From Haliotis rubra (lineage: Eukaryota), in contig NW_025765670.1 of assembly GCF_003918875.1 (NCBI RefSeq), positions 992,001 through 1,056,000 on the forward strand: a DNA stretch of 64,000 nt. The letters are read 5' to 3'. A program made the position numbers and the translations under genes. Numbering within the stretch: the first letter of the stretch is position 1; the number at the start of each line of letters is the position of its first letter. This document shows positions 27,979 through 42,471 of this stretch, in pieces. The notes beneath the pieces are model-generated. The model saw only the letters and a program-made list of their open reading frames with translations, ran no database searches and was not told where the DNA came from.

Positions 27979-28160
27979 CTAGCCTTGTTCCAAGGCTGTA
28001 CTGAATGCTAAGCCCATGTATAGTAATTCTATCCTTTTAAGAGGCAAGTCTATAAGTGGGCAGTATGGACACAGTCTGTCATTGATATATTTTTGGACAT
28101 CTCCATTAACTATAACTATTAACTATAATTATTACCTTAGAGACTTGTGCAAGTCTACTG
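27979..28160 (+). repeat. Unclassified interspersed repeat (second copy 47227-47426)
   Basis: ctagccttg(t/c)tccaaggctgtac..aatg.taagcccatg..tatagtaattctatcctt..aagaggcaa...acttgtgcaagtctac is present at both loci. Confidence 0.75.
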
Positions 28161-29163
28161 ACCTCCAAAAGCTATAAAATCCATGAATTACTTCACATTG
28201 GGACCACCAAGCACCACTAGGCATGACCTGGCTCTCAATTATAGGATAGACATTCAATACATAATTTACAATGACATACACTGGAAGGATCACACATTCA
28301 TGCTGCTGAGATAGCATCTGGTCTGTCCACTACTTAATGGACATGACCACATTTGTCTGAGGTAATTCTAAGCTCAGGATCAGCATCAAGTCTTGGATAA
28401 GCCAACAGGGTGTCAATACAAAAGGTAGATATTCATCAGCAGCTTGAGAAGTCCTCCTTTACAAAAGAGAAGAAATTGGGATAAAGAAAAAGACACAGAA
28501 GCGTTAAACTTAATTGTATCTGACAACAAGACAGGTAGAAAACATGGCCGTCTGATGGTATCTGTTCTCTACAGTCATGGCTAGATCTCAATGGTGGAAC
28601 AACAGGGTGTCTGAATATGATACATTCCTGGCAACATGTTACAACAGGAACTGCAGGTGCAGCCCTATCATTCAGAACACGTCTGAATGTCAGCCGTACT
28701 GGATTTGAGGGTTCTGTTAGGATTGTGGAACAGACAGCTGTCAATATTCTCAGATAAGAGCGGCAAATCACATTTTCATCTATCTGAGAAGATTTTACTC
28801 TTCTCTCAGTGAAGATATTTTATTGAGCTTGTCTTCTTCAAGATGGATGACCTGATACTTCTTGCTGACCTTGCAGGAAGGTCATGACAAATTTGGCTAT
28901 TAGACCTCATCAATATTTAAAGCTGAACATAACCCAAAAGGAGGACTCCACCAAACCAAATCCTGTGCCGAGTAACAGGAAAGCTGATTAACTGAACAAA
29001 ACCAAAATGGAAAGGCAGACAAAACATAATGGCAAGCTGGACAAAACTGAATAAGTTGAACCTTAGATACAAACATTTCCTCTACATTTTCACCAAAGTC
29101 TGTCAAGGCTTAGTGGAGCACCATGCCATCTTTTTCATAATCTTCCTGCAACTGATTGCAGCA

Positions 29164-29404
29164 CAGGGGTGGAAATAACTTTAAAATTGCTAGTGTACTC
29201 CAGTACAGTGGCACATGTAAAATCACTTGCTCTGATAATTTTTCAACTATACCGGCCATTTTCTTGTTGATTTTTTTAAATAAACAACATAATTAACATT
29301 GGAATATCAACTGGACACCAGTACAGTGTGATATACAAATTTGCTTGCCCGACAGAAAAAAACACTGGACTCGGGCGTCGGGCAATGGGTTATTTCCACC
29401 CCTG
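29164..29404. mobile_element. MITE with perfect 16-bp TIR (hAT-like CAGGG ends)
   Basis: CAGGGGTGGAAATAAC ... GTTATTTCCACCCCTG. The flanking 8-mers ttgcagca/cagcagta match only partly. Confidence 0.75.
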
Positions 29405-30564
29405 CAGCAGTATAGATGGCTATAGCAACTTGTCATTGCTTCCCATCTTGCAGACACTGCTGATACACCAAATACCTGACAGTCTGCTAACGACCTGACA
29501 GGTGTAATGGCAGAAACATATATCTTAGATCCTTACATACAAAACAAGACATCATAATTTCAAAGATGATTTCTCATATTTCTTAAAGTTCACATCTATT
29601 GAGACATATTTAGATTAAATGTGATCTAAACATGGCGTTTCCATAATCTACAACACTTTCCTATACATAATTCACATGCTTTTGTAAGATCACAAATAAG
29701 ACAAACGGAAAAAAATATTTTTAAAGGATTATTTTATGTTTAATTCAATAGTAATATCAGAATGGTATGTGTGAATGTATTTTTTTACAGAGATTTTTCA
29801 TCATTAAGGAAAGGGTTTTTGTGGCTCTCATCAAAACCATGAATTTACAATAAGTTTGAACTCTAATGAAAACACTTACATAATCACATAAAGTAGAGCA
29901 ATGTTACCAGTCCAAGAGGCTCCTTAGTACAACATTTAGGAAAGAGTTGACCCTCTTGGAAATCTACTAAATCTTCATGGCAGTTTGAGCCTGGAGACAC
30001 ATTTCAAAATGTCTGTCAAAGGACTGACAGTTGGCCCCAGCTTTACCTCAGTGTATGGAGTAAAACAGTCAGATGAGTGGATGTGTGAAAAACACTTTCC
30101 AATCTGACTCAAGCAGGTAGTTTACAACACATCTCGGTATGAACTGACGCATGTAAGTTTCACACTCACGCCAAAAAATATTGTTAAATTGCTGTTTTTG
30201 TCAGATAGGCACTTCTTTATGTCAAAGATCACACTCAGAAATAAGTCTTTGCCAGTGCAACTATGCCGTCATGTAACATACATAGAGTGATGTTCGACTA
30301 GAGTTAAAAGTCAGTTTATGGTCCTCGGTTGAGAGTGAAGATGACATTTTCAAGCAGTAAACACAGCAGCTGCAATGAAGCCATGGCAGTAACTAACAAG
30401 TTGATTCAGTATAGGTAGTTCTCTGTTCTCATACAACTCTTAAAGGGACATTTCCAATAAACTACAACACTTTTCTACACTTTCTTATCAAGAAAAATGG
30501 CATAAAAAGAACAACATGTCCTGACAAAGACTAACACCATCACTGTTTCCTTTCATCCTTCTAA

Positions 30565-30737
30565 GGGGGTGGTGGGGTAGCCTTGTGGTCAAAGCGGTCG
30601 CTTATCATGCCAATGGCCCCGGTTCAATTCCCCACATAGGTACAATGTTTGAAGCCCATTTCTGTTGTCCCCCATTGTGTTATTGCTGGAATATTGCTAA
30701 CAGCGTCATAAAACGTAACTCACTCTAGTATTGTCAC
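30565..30737 (+). mobile_element. SINE family A
   Basis: Family A sequence. TSD tcatccttctaa (30553-30564, 30738-30749). Confidence 0.88.
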
Positions 30738-32649
30738 TCATCCTTCTAAAAACATTTGGTGATGTTACAGTAACTCAAATGTCTCCAGAACCAATACAGA
30801 AGCCTCAAGAGTATTGATCCACTCGAAGTAGGGTACAATGAAATGCTGTTCAAGTCGTTGAACCGACCACCCTATCTACTCAGTCATCTCTTCTGACAGC
30901 ACAGGTTGCTGAGGAACCAAATTTTCACATGGAATTCCCATTGTGGGTCTAATATTAGTAGTTACGTTCTATTACTGAGTCCATGCCACCAGTCTCAAAG
31001 GAGGACTATGGTAAGGAGCCAGTGAACACTTACTATCTCAGTGCCCAAGTCTTAATAAGACATTTTGTCTGAGTAATTAGTTAAATTTTTTACACATTAT
31101 TAAAAGATATGGGTTTGCGAGAATTGTCTGAAGGGCCTGAATCAAGCATGCATGGACTGCCAACTGATCTGAGTCAAGAGCCTCTTTACACATCACATGA
31201 AGCAGCACGAGTGACAGAAGCGGATTACTTGGAGGGGGCTGACCGAGTCAAATGGCACATTATTGAGCTGACCACACATCTGGCCAGAACTAACTAATCA
31301 GGCATCAAGTCGTCAGCCAGACGGATAATAGCTGGACCCCACCCAAACCATGGTCACAAGCCATGGAATAAGGCCAATCATCTGCACAAGTACCTACACA
31401 GATATAATCCGTATTCAATACAGTCTACATACAAACGTGACATGTGTTGACTCGCTGATGCGAAAAACACCCCCTTCAAACGCTCTGTTGGCCAATACGA
31501 AGAGTATACACTGTCATTAAGATATTGGAGAAATCTACGAACAATGGGATGATCTTGGATGACAATGACATGATAGTTTATAAATGGATAGGGCACAAAG
31601 TGTATGTAGTGGAACACCAAGGTGGATAAGTAACATTAGATGAATGACCTGTGTAGAATGTGACATGGGTGGCAGATGAAAGGGTCTGGGTGGAGGAGGG
31701 TTCCTTAGTGCCGACACACCTGCAGAAACTCTATCGGACATGACCCACATTCTAACTCCTCACCTGATTGAACTCACATTTCAATGAATAGATGGTCTCA
31801 AATTCTGACATTCTGGCCTCAGTCTTGAACCATAAATGGATAATCTAAAACTCGATCTTGACTGTTTTTGATAAAGCAAAAGTGCTTCACATTTTTACCA
31901 TTCTTAAATCTAACAATACCAGCATATCCCACTTCAGCATGTCAAAAAATCAGAAAAATTGGCTTCTTCTGATAAAAAACAGACACTGATTCCTGACTGG
32001 TAAGTAGATAAACTTCAGATTCCCATCACAAATACAAACCAGAAGGGGCCAACCAACTTTCTTTCTCACTGCTAACCAAAACACACAAAAGATAGGATTC
32101 ACAGATTTTCCTTTCCTTAAGTCAGTAGATGACTTTATCTCCTCCCATAATCAATTTAAGCAAAAGGTGTAGGTTACCGGCACTTTTCACAATGGAGAAC
32201 ACCACATCCTGCAGTGGGAAGGTAAACAGCTTACACTTAGCATGGCAACATTTGTCTAACATATTGGCAGGAGTAGGAATACATCAAAAACATCCCTGTA
32301 ACCTCCAAAGTAGAATACAGTTCCTGCTCGACAAAAATACTACACCTACAAAGCGTGTGGTAACAAAATACATCATCGGTACCTCTGATACACTGAAGCA
32401 GCAGAAGAGGAGGACTGCCATAGCTCAGGAGGAGAGCTAGTCAGCATGCAGTTCCACAGGTGGAAATGTGCTTTCATGCTATGGATGCAACTGGGAAGGA
32501 AGATAGACCTCGCCGCACCGACAGAGCTATATATTACCATTGTTTCTGTAGGACATCACATGTCCATTCACACAATGTTCGGAATTGGAGATTTGGTAAA
32601 CAACGTCATGGTGGTTGTTCTGGAGAAAATGATATACAAACAGATACTG

Positions 32650-32888
32650 GTTGGTTGGTTTGTTGTTTAACGCTGCACTCAGCAATATTCAAGCTATATG
32701 GCATCAGTCTGTAAATAATCGAGTCTGGACCACACAATCCACTGATCAACATCATGAGCATCGATCTACGCAATTGGGATATGATGAGTCAAACAAGTCC
32801 GCGAACCTGACCATCCAGTCCCGTTAGTCACCTTTTACAACAAGCATGGGTTGCTGAAGACCAATTCTAACCCGGATCTTCACGGGTC
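32650..32888 (-). mobile_element. SINE family B, full length
   Basis: Same sequence and same 5' start as 45522-45795, with a (CAA/CCAA)n tail. 12-bp TSD aaacagatactg (32638-32649, 32889-32900). Confidence 0.88.
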
Positions 32889-33399
32889 AAACAGATACTG
32901 ACATATATTTAACCGTACCTTAAAGATTTGAGTGCCACCTTACTCCAGATCCAGAGAGGTAAGACAAGTGCAGCTCCATACAAGAATGGTAACAGCTTGG
33001 GTTGAAAGTGAAACCGTTTTGTTTATTGAGATTCCCCGACACCTTTATCGTTCGGTGGGCATACTTCCTCTACCTGGGCCTGAGTGTCTCAGCCACATCA
33101 AAGTGGGGGAATCAAGTGGAGTCTATTTACACCTGGTGTTTCAGCTAGCTTACACAGAAAACACAACCTACAGGTAACACACCGAGTAGATTGAACACAT
33201 GGCTGGACCATAAATAAATATAACGAAAGGATCTTCAATAGGTATGAGAAATGAAAAAAGTAAAGGCGAGTCATATTTTCTCATAATTAAAGTGTCAATG
33301 TGACAGCAGCTTGCTTAAAATACAAACACTGGACCAGACAGACCAGTGATTGATGATGTGGGCAATGAGCATTCAATGATATTCAATAAACCAAGTACC

Positions 33400-33487
33400 C
33401 CCAGATAGCATTCGGACGTTGGCCCAACGTTGGAAAAGTTGGCAAAACCATTGCCAACGTTGGGCCAACGTCTGAATGCTATCTGGG
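33400..33487. mobile_element. 88-bp palindromic MITE (CCC..GGG ends, 2-bp TSD, CACTA/EnSpm-like)
   Basis: Arms cccagatagcattc(g/a)gacgttggcccaacgttgg with one mismatch. Flanked by cc/cc. Confidence 0.75.
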
Positions 33488-34096
33488 CCCAAGCTCGATC
33501 ATATGATCCATTTAGTCGCCTTCTCCCACATGCAAAGGTTTTACATATTTCAATTACCCATAATTCATCATTACTTGTGTACATGGCGGATGAATTGTAA
33601 AATGAATGCAAGAGCAATCTAAAGACATAATTTCATTTCCCATGACTTACCCTACTTGGGATCCCAAACCTTGAGTAATATTATAAGCGACTTAAAGGTT
33701 TTCTTATTGCTGGTTTCAGAAAAGGAAATGAAAGTGACTTTCCTGAAGAATTTCCTGAAAACCTGGGGTTATCGCACACAGACACATGAAGCCTAGGGCT
33801 GACTTCCTGACATTTGCAATGTAATAATCCAGTTTGGCTTCACCCATGACAATAGCCTCAGTGCCAGGCTTCCATACACAGTCAACCAGTGCAAAAACAT
33901 AACATTCTTTAAGAAGCATCGCAACTGCTTCCAGTTCGACACTATAACTTCTGTATTGTCAATATCTTATTTCAAACAACAGCAAATGTTAGCTACATAG
34001 TGCGGTTGAGACTTCAAACCTTAACTCACTCACTCACTAATGGACATTAACAGTCCATCTACCTTCTCTCACTCATTTATTCCCTAACAAACATAC

Positions 34097-34110
34097 CGTA
34101 TATAAATCAT
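34097..34110 (-). CDS. Candidate micro first coding exon (MIYI-R)
   Basis: ATG ATT TAT ATA CG|GTATGT, phase 2. Confidence 0.25.
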
Positions 34111-35264
34111 ATGAAATGAAATCCTTAATTAACAATGATACTTCACTCTACTACATAATCCACTAGCCCAAAGCCTGGTCTTAAAGTTTGGATAAGTTTG
34201 TTCAGCTAATAAAAGCCCATATCACAAAACCGAACGAAAATAATACATATAACAAAATTTGGGATCAAATGTTTTTGGTATAGTTTCAGCAAAGGCTCAA
34301 GAACTCACCACAGAATCTGTCTTCTACAGCAGAGCTGGATCAGAATCGGTACACACGCCATTGCCGGGCATAAAATCCAATACACACCAAGCAGTACATA
34401 TACTCCTTTATATCACGCTTCTTCCAGTCACAAATTGTCAGGTCAATTCTGTGAACATCTGTACAAATTCTCAGTCTTTCATAAAGAAGTCCTCCCAGAA
34501 AGTCAGATTCCTAACCACAATGTCACAAATTCTCCATCTGTGTTCTGTGTGATTCAATTTTAAACCAACCAGCTCCTTGAGAAGTTGTTCAGAAACTCGA
34601 ACATACACTCCAAGTTGGTGTGTTGATAGCCCTGGGTAATATTCTGGAAGTTCGGGTCAGTTTGCCAGAAGCCCATGGGCAGCTCAATAATAAATCACAC
34701 TGTCAGTCCACAACACACCTTGATAACATAAGGTCATTACAGGCGATTATGTGGTAAACTTACCAGCTTATGTCGTCTACATAATATACCAGCTTTCTGG
34801 GGCTTAATGAAGGAAACAACTTCAAGGACAAAGAAAGCAAAAAGTAACTGCAGGAAAACATAAAACCCATCATTATCGTGACATGGCGTCAGGTTGCAAA
34901 TGATGAAAGGGAGGTACAAGGAACTGAATGCATCCTTGCATAGATAACACTGATGTTCCTCATGAGAGGGTATATGTTGATAACAAGCTGGTTCAGGGAT
35001 AATTAATGATTTATGCTGCTAAATATCAGCCGTATTACAGTTGGTGCATGGTTATAAATGCAACAGAAAACCATTGGAGTTTCGTCAGTTGGGATCGGTA
35101 TTTGAATTAGACGTAAGACCTCAGTCAATTTCGTTTGTTGTTTACCCAACGCTGCTCATAGAAATATTCCCTCTGGTGTAATTAATATAGTCTGGAGCTG
35201 ACTATCCATTGCTTGACATCATGAGCATCGATCTATCATCAATGAAAACAGCGTGAACTCTTCG

Positions 35265-35372
35265 AGTGAGTGAGTTGGGTTTTGCGGGGCTTTTAGCAAT
35301 ATTCCAGCAATATCATGGTGGGGGACACCAGAAATGGGCTTCACACATTGTGCCCATGTGGGGAATCGAACG
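35265..35372 (-). mobile_element. SINE family A, 5'-truncated
   Basis: Tail and body up to the B box. Confidence 0.85.
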
Positions 35373-36097
35373 TGTACTCTTGAAGTTGAGCATGAAAGTC
35401 AAGGGCTCCCTATAACAGAAGTTACAGAACTCGGGAAGATGCAGCCATACCATAAAAGAAGCCTGAAGGACCTCAATACCCCTTAATTTCAAATCAGTTG
35501 TCCAAAACAAATCCATGATGTATCAACAATGGGGCAAATAATCTGTAATCATCCATTCTAATGCTTCAGTACGACTTTGCACGACTTCCATTGGAATATA
35601 GAAAACTTTGCACTACTTACATCTTTTAAAAGTTGTCACCGAGAAACTCTCCTCCACTGATGATGATACTAAAAACTGTCTGACTATATTTTCCCCTATT
35701 TCTAATTATGTCAAAAGGTCTTCTTTATCATTGCAAAAATTGCAAAGCTTTTGTATATAACACTGTTTGAACAATTCGGTCACCCTCAATGAAGAATGTT
35801 TGTTCAAGAAAACAATCACCACTCCTTCACCAAACCCAAAAGAACACCTGAAACTTGACACAGATATCTCGACTAATTCAATGAAAGCCATTTAGTCGGA
35901 TTTGCTCTGCACTATTCCGTATTTGAAAACACACCCATTCTTCAAACCTGACTGCACTAGGACATCGTTAAAGTTTAACACTTGACAGAATAGCACTGGA
36001 ACTAGCTCAACTGAGACAAGCACGGTGTACCCACACAACGTATAACAGAGCTTTAATGGACCTTAGACACACTAATCACATTTTCACAGTGAGAGAG

Positions 36098-36449
36098 AGT
36101 GAGTGAGTGAGTGAGTGAGTGAGTGCTTTGGACACAATTCAAGTTTTTCAAATTTTGAGTGAGTGAGTGAGTGGATGCATGCATGGGCGAATTGGGTTAA
36201 ACAATGCTTTGGAGTGAGTGAGTGAGTTCACTTTTACGCCACTTTTAGCAATATTACAACAATATTATGGCAGGGGACACTAGAAATGGGCTTCACATCT
36301 TGTACCCATGTGGGGAATCGAACACAGCATGACGATGCTTTGATGACTTGGCTACCCCACCGCCCCTATTTTTTGGACACAATTCAAGTTTTTGATATTT
36401 TAAGTGAGTGAGTGAGTGAGTGAGTGAGTGAGTGAGTGAGTGAGTGAGT
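36098..36449. repeat. (GAGT)n microsatellite cluster
   Basis: Runs at about 36098-36124, 36157-36172, 36212-36226 and 36403-36449. Another run at 41392-41420. Confidence 0.9.
36211..36366 (-). mobile_element. SINE family A within a (GAGT)n-rich cluster
   Basis: Family A match. Flanked by duplicated tttggacacaattcaagttttt and (GAGT)n runs. Confidence 0.85.
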
Positions 36450-39400
36450 TAAACCCATGAGCACAGGTCGCTGACAACTCAAGAAACACAATCAAAGTGA
36501 AGGAGGATTCAAATACACAATCCCAGGTTTCTCTGCAGTGAATGTAGTGCTTTATATGAATGGCCTTCTGCACCCGACAAGACTTGAAATACTTAACACG
36601 AAAATATATTACCATATACATTCAAGATAAAAACGTTGACAGAGAAATCATAAACACGTTTGATATGCAATGTTGGTATAACCTTGAAGGTCATATTCGA
36701 CAATCTAAATAGCTGTAGTGTTTGAATAAAACCTTCTCGAAGAAAATGCTGTATCGGCAAATATTGTGTCCAAATCTTAACGATAAATGAATTTAACATT
36801 GAAATCAAGGATGATAAAAGAAGAGCATAAAATTTCTTCCCTTGGATGTTGACAGAACCTTATGAATGCCACGACAAGTTGCTTGAACTGTTTGACGTAA
36901 ATTCAAATCAGCGGTACACGCTGATGAATGAATGAAGGTCTGTCATCATGGTTATTTATTTACTTCCATTTCATGCATGGTCATGACCCGTATAGAGGCG
37001 ACAGACAAAAACTGTCTTCCTAACAACATTTATATACTACTGATGAAGCAACCACCCACAAGTCATGATGTAATTACTGAAGTACTTGCCACAGACAGAA
37101 CACGTATCACCTTGCTCCATGCTGTATACAATGAACCACAAAATCTACTTACTGCTAATTAGAAACATGGGGAGCAAGTGGGAAAATAAATACACCGGCT
37201 TATCAAGATCACAGCTCAAGAACCATATTGTATTTTAGTCACAGAATGGGGGCTGCTTCCGCAGATTTTTTTTTTTTTCACCACAAAATCAGATCCACTT
37301 AGAAATAACATTCGCCCACAGTTAAAAAAAACCCATCACACTTTGACATTCAGATTTTCAGAAAATATATTACAAGTGATATTTTGACATTAAGACTCTT
37401 AGAAATACAAAGAACTTCTTGCTTAAAAAACTGGGGGAACTGAACAAGAAAAAACATTTTTCAAAGCTATAAAAACCTTAAATACAATGAGGACTCTCAA
37501 ACATAAGTAACATTAATGATCAGTGGAGTGTAAACCAAGTTAAAACCATCCTCCATAAACCTTATTGATAAAGGAAAAAAGATAATCACAAGACCTGAAG
37601 ATTAACATAAAATACACAGAGTTTCGAATAATCAGATTTAACTGACAAAAATGCAATATGAAAAAGTTTGCCGACCTGCAACTGGGCACTTGTTGCGAGT
37701 TATCCTACTCCTGGCCTGGAGAGGTGTTTCCACCTCCTTGCGCTACTGTCGAATGAGACCGATGCAGGCGCGAAACGGTGGCTGAGACCCGGCTCTCCCC
37801 TTGATTTCCTCAACAGGACAACACAACTACCTCCAATATCCTATAGGAAGCATGTACTATGCAGCAACGGCAGCAGCAGCAGCAGTCTCAGGCTACGTAG
37901 TACATCACTATCTCTCTACATTCATAATGCTGATATCTACACCGTCTTATCAAAAACATGTCACACTGCAGCTGAGGGCTACACGGTTTGGCAAATTATT
38001 GAGGGAAGTGCAGGCAGGTATCCAAGCTTGTCCAAATTTAACTGAAAGATTACTTGTTACTTAAGCAAACTTCTCCTCCCTGGTCGAGGCGAGCGGCAGG
38101 TAGCCGTGTAAGCTTGGGGGGCAGATAGAGTGTATGGGGACCGTCACCCTCTGCTGAAGGATCCAGGTGTTTCACTGCTGATGGGCAAAACTGGTTGATT
38201 GGTCTGAAGCTGGATCCACTTGTACATTCTTGACAAGTTTAAAGGACGCTGCTAAGCCGCGAACCAACATCCCGAGACTACTGTCATTATCCCACTCAAA
38301 CAGCTACCACAGACAACATGGTCTCAACAAAACCCCACACCATGGCATTCCTCTTCCACAGCCTGTCATTTTCCATTTTTCCCCTAAAGAATTCATCAAA
38401 CAAATTATTTCACACATTCTCCCCATATGATTCATCTCATTAATGGAATAATGGTAACGACCAATTTCTATAAAAATTATTAACTTCACTGGTGCTGGAA
38501 TTGGGACATTTCAGACGAATCCTGTTGCTCTGACTAGAGTTTATCGAACGTTGCCATAATCTTGAATTAGTTTAATCTCGGATTCCCCTGGATGGAATCC
38601 TTATGGGGAAGCTGTCCAGTGATAGCCAACATCCTAAACACACAGCTGTTAGCGGTGAGCTGATCTCAAAATGTTTTAATTTCCTCTGTTTTGTTTGAAC
38701 AGAATTTTTTCTATGACAGCAATCAAGTCTATTTAGCCACGAAAGAGCATGGGTAATTTAGCTAATGCATCAGGGTAATGTCACTGCATTAAATAAATAT
38801 CACCTAGCAAAAAATTTGTACTAAAAAATTACTTCTTTCTCCAAAATAATCAAAATGGTTGGTTAAGAATAAACATTCTTTCAAAACAAATCCGTAGTTC
38901 AATGTACGACTTCCGAATTGTCGCAGGAACAACTTAATGGCATTCCACTGGTCAATGTCGGTTTGGCTCAGAATGTTGAACATTAACGTCAGAACCTAAA
39001 TTGTCATTGAAAGAAGAATTTTCACAGAAAATGAAATCAAAGTAAATAATCTAACAAGATATTTATTTTCCCTTTTTCTCACCTCATCACAAAACATTAT
39101 ATACTGAAAAAAACATTTAGGGATCATGAATATTTCATGTGATTTTTTAACAGTGAAAACACAGTAGACAAATCATAAAAAAACCTATTCCTGACTACCG
39201 TCTTAGTTCAAAATGTAACAGCTTTGATAAGGACAACTACATTTTTGTAATTTGAACATCCAACAACGCACATACGTCTTTGCCGTGAAAGTTTCAAATC
39301 AAAAACGTCTTTTTCAAACTAAATGACCCATCTGGCCATTAATAAAACAGATGGCCACCATAAGAAGGTGATGGTTCCATATCTCAAATACTAGAGAAAC

Positions 39401-41549
39401 AAAAATCTCACCAAAATATTTGTACAACTGTTGTTCTAAGACGGCAACAAGCCAAATGTGTTTCACAGCATCTTCTTCAAATACATTCAACATGGTAAAA
39501 ATAATTACTGAGTAATTGCTATTTACTTTTCCAAGGCTTATCTGTAAATGACACGGTCTATTTTAGAACTATTGATACACCCATCTGATTTTCACATTCA
39601 GGACCTTTCATCGCCAATAAATATCAGCCGTCTATTGGAGCAAAAGATCAAAGTTTACCTGAAAGATCTTCTTGCGATGAATTCGTAACATCCACCATTA
39701 TCTCAAGTCTTTAAAAGCACAACGTTTAAGAAAACAACATCACATCCGTGGCTGATCAGACACCTCTTTGTATGTAATTAAACTTAAATATGGACTTTTA
39801 ATATATTTTCATGAATAGGACATGTCTTTTCGAAGACAACAAACACATCCTCCATTTATTCAAAGGGAGATAAATCAAGCCAGCGTGAGACCCTCTTTAT
39901 TTACAAGGCCACTGAACTAACAAAGTGTGCATGAAAGTTGAGCAAAATGCTATCTCCTGCATGATGTCTGACACGCGCCTTTAATTGTTTTTTCAGCTTG
40001 ACTTAACATAAATCTCCAGACTGGCGAGCGTATTGATGGTTTTTGTGGATGGATGTGAGAAATATTCCACCAAAATGGCAAAGGAGCTTTCATAATCTTA
40101 ACATGTGCAGAGAAACAAATCTTTCAACCAAGTCCCTCGGAACATCACAAGCATCAGTGCATATTCATCATAAAAACTCAACACATTACAAACGTTGTTT
40201 GTCAGAAGCACATTAAATTTGAGCAACTGCACCAAAAAGAAAAGAAATTGTCATTTTTTATGTATTTTAAACTTTGTGGTTGCACATTTCTCCCTTGACA
40301 TAATCGTCTCATAAATTCAAAAAATTCGGTAAAACACAGCACCAGATTTTATAGATATCTATTCCATTAGTGGTCACAGTGGTGAAAAGGCAATAATGTT
40401 TACAAGAATAAAACCCCAGTGAATATTACCAGAAAAAAGAACAAGCTGAATAAGAATTGCAATTAAAGTGATTTATTACCCGAGCTATCTCTCCCTTATC
40501 CAGAACACTCTGGGCCAATAGACTGCTGCTGTGACCTAATGACATCCAAACAAGCCTACAGCTTCTCTGGAGAAGTTCAATCCACAAAATCACGATTCCG
40601 CAATCCAGCAAATGTTCTGCACAAAGTTGGTCCACTTCCAACTTTTACTTCACCGTTTACCTTCTTATCAGTTGCGATAGCCAACATGGTGCTGCCACCT
40701 ACCATCTCTACATTGATTCTGCAATTACCTGAAGATATTTATCTAGACAGATCCTACTGACGTAGCAAAGAAACCGATTCTGCTTTGATTCCACGGGAGT
40801 TGATGTTTACCTGACCTATATACCCAATCCTGACCATCATGCGAGGATGGATGTTCGACATCCTATTACAGATCAGTCTCAACACGACTGATACACGATT
40901 CCTCTGCTGTAATCATGTCACCATTATATTCATGTAGAGACAGAAATAATTTGACAAGTCAACACAGATTTTCTTCAACAGGCCTCTTGTTCCACAAAGC
41001 TATCATAGTTACACGATTATCGTAAGTCTAAAGTATCATATTTACGATCACCTTTTCGCGAAGATCACTTTGTTGAATTGGATCCAGATCAATAAGTGGA
41101 TTACAATAAATTTCAGATTTCTGTTTGAAAATAATCCCGAAAGTCAATGCAATGGTTGAAGTTAAATATTTAAGGCACACCAGATTCAAATGTTAAAGGA
41201 GAGGAGCAAACGTCAAGAAGCCTAGTACCGCCATAATTTTAAACACGGAGGATACGGAAACTCAGGAGTAATCAAAGGAGCATGTGGACGCAAGCATAAA
41301 GAAGAATACATCATAGACATTTCGGAAATGTGTCCTTCACCTAAACATCTTTGCGATAAACAATCTGTGAATTTATCTCTCGTCTGGAACATGAGTGAGT
41401 GAGTGAGTGAGTGAGTGAGCGAGCGAGCAGTTCGAAAGTGGCATAAAACAATATTCATCACAAAACATTTTCATCACGTTGATACAGAGCACAAGCAATA
41501 AATACCCCACAATCACATTCATCTTTCAAGAAGACTTAAAACAACTCAC

Positions 41550-41563
41550 TTAGCATAAAGCAT
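41550..41563 (-). CDS. Candidate micro first coding exon (MLYA-N)
   Basis: ATG CTT TAT GCT AA|GTGAGT, phase 2. Unique purine-rich (minus strand) leader upstream, but out-of-frame ATGs lie just 5'. Confidence 0.25.
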
Positions 41564-42029
41564 TAACTTCAAACATCAGCATCCTCAAGGTAGGTAAAAC
41601 TTCTTCATCCCTTCATTACACATCTTATCACCCAGTCTCCCCACTGTCCTGGTGTATATCATTGATTTATTCCCTCCCTCATCTTCAACATACGCTTCTC
41701 CTCTCTCACCATGCATCCCCGTCTCCACCTTGGAGACGAAGCTTCTTGAAGCAGCTCTCTACAGCACTACAAGCATAATAGGAGCCTGATACGGTGGAAG
41801 TGGCTCTCCTTTACCTTCTTGCATGTACTTGCTGGATTCTGATAAACCCCCAGGCTTTATATAGAATGAGATAACACTCAAGTATAGTTTTCCTGCCAGT
41901 TTTTACACACCTTGAGAATGTTATCAGTCAGGTTAGTGCAGCAGTGCCATCTCAGAATCACTCAACATGACAAGGTGTTTCATTGGAATTACTTCCGTAT
42001 GATTTCGAAATTTTGAAAATATGTGAACG

Positions 42030-42465
42030 TAGGGCTGCAACGAATACACTATGTGGCGAATATGATACGTATCATGAATATTGGGTAACGAATACGAATA
42101 ATTATTCACGAATACAATATTGTAGGTAAGTGATTGATGTTCAATATGGAACGCCCATGTTGACAGTTTTGATTTGTCACAGCAATAACCAGTCATCTCA
42201 TGACACTCAAATTTGATATGTAATAGTTATAATTGACAGTACCATGTGTGGCCAACATGACTAAGGCTACTGCAAGGCTAGTTCATATTCCATTACTGCA
42301 TATCTCACTTTCAGAAAGTACACAAGGGTTCAAGTAAAACATGCTCCCTTAAAAAAACGTAAATATTCGTTAATATTCGGTTCTGGTGACCACGAATAAC
42401 GAATTGAATTCATGAAGGGCCACGGTTCGATTCACCGAATATGAGAGTGAATCGTTACAGCCTTA
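42030..42465. mobile_element. Non-autonomous hAT-like DNA transposon (MITE)
   Basis: TIRs TAGGGCTGCAACGA / TCGTTACAGCCTTA, 8-bp TSD tgtgaacg/tgtgaaag, and subterminal CGAATA repeats. Confidence 0.8.
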
Positions 42466-42471
42466 TGTGAA

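Noticed and set aside
28400-29140. Possible decayed transposon coding sequence
   Set aside because: Composition is somewhat coding-like, but I recognise no RT, integrase or transposase motif. It needs BLASTx.
39659-39698. ATG-initiated exon with CAG|GTAAAC donor (MLRIHRKKIFQ or MVDVTNSSQEDLS)
   Set aside because: Phase 0 or 1, not compatible with the phase-2 acceptor unless an unseen intermediate exon exists. The same applies to 15031-15094 (phase 1).
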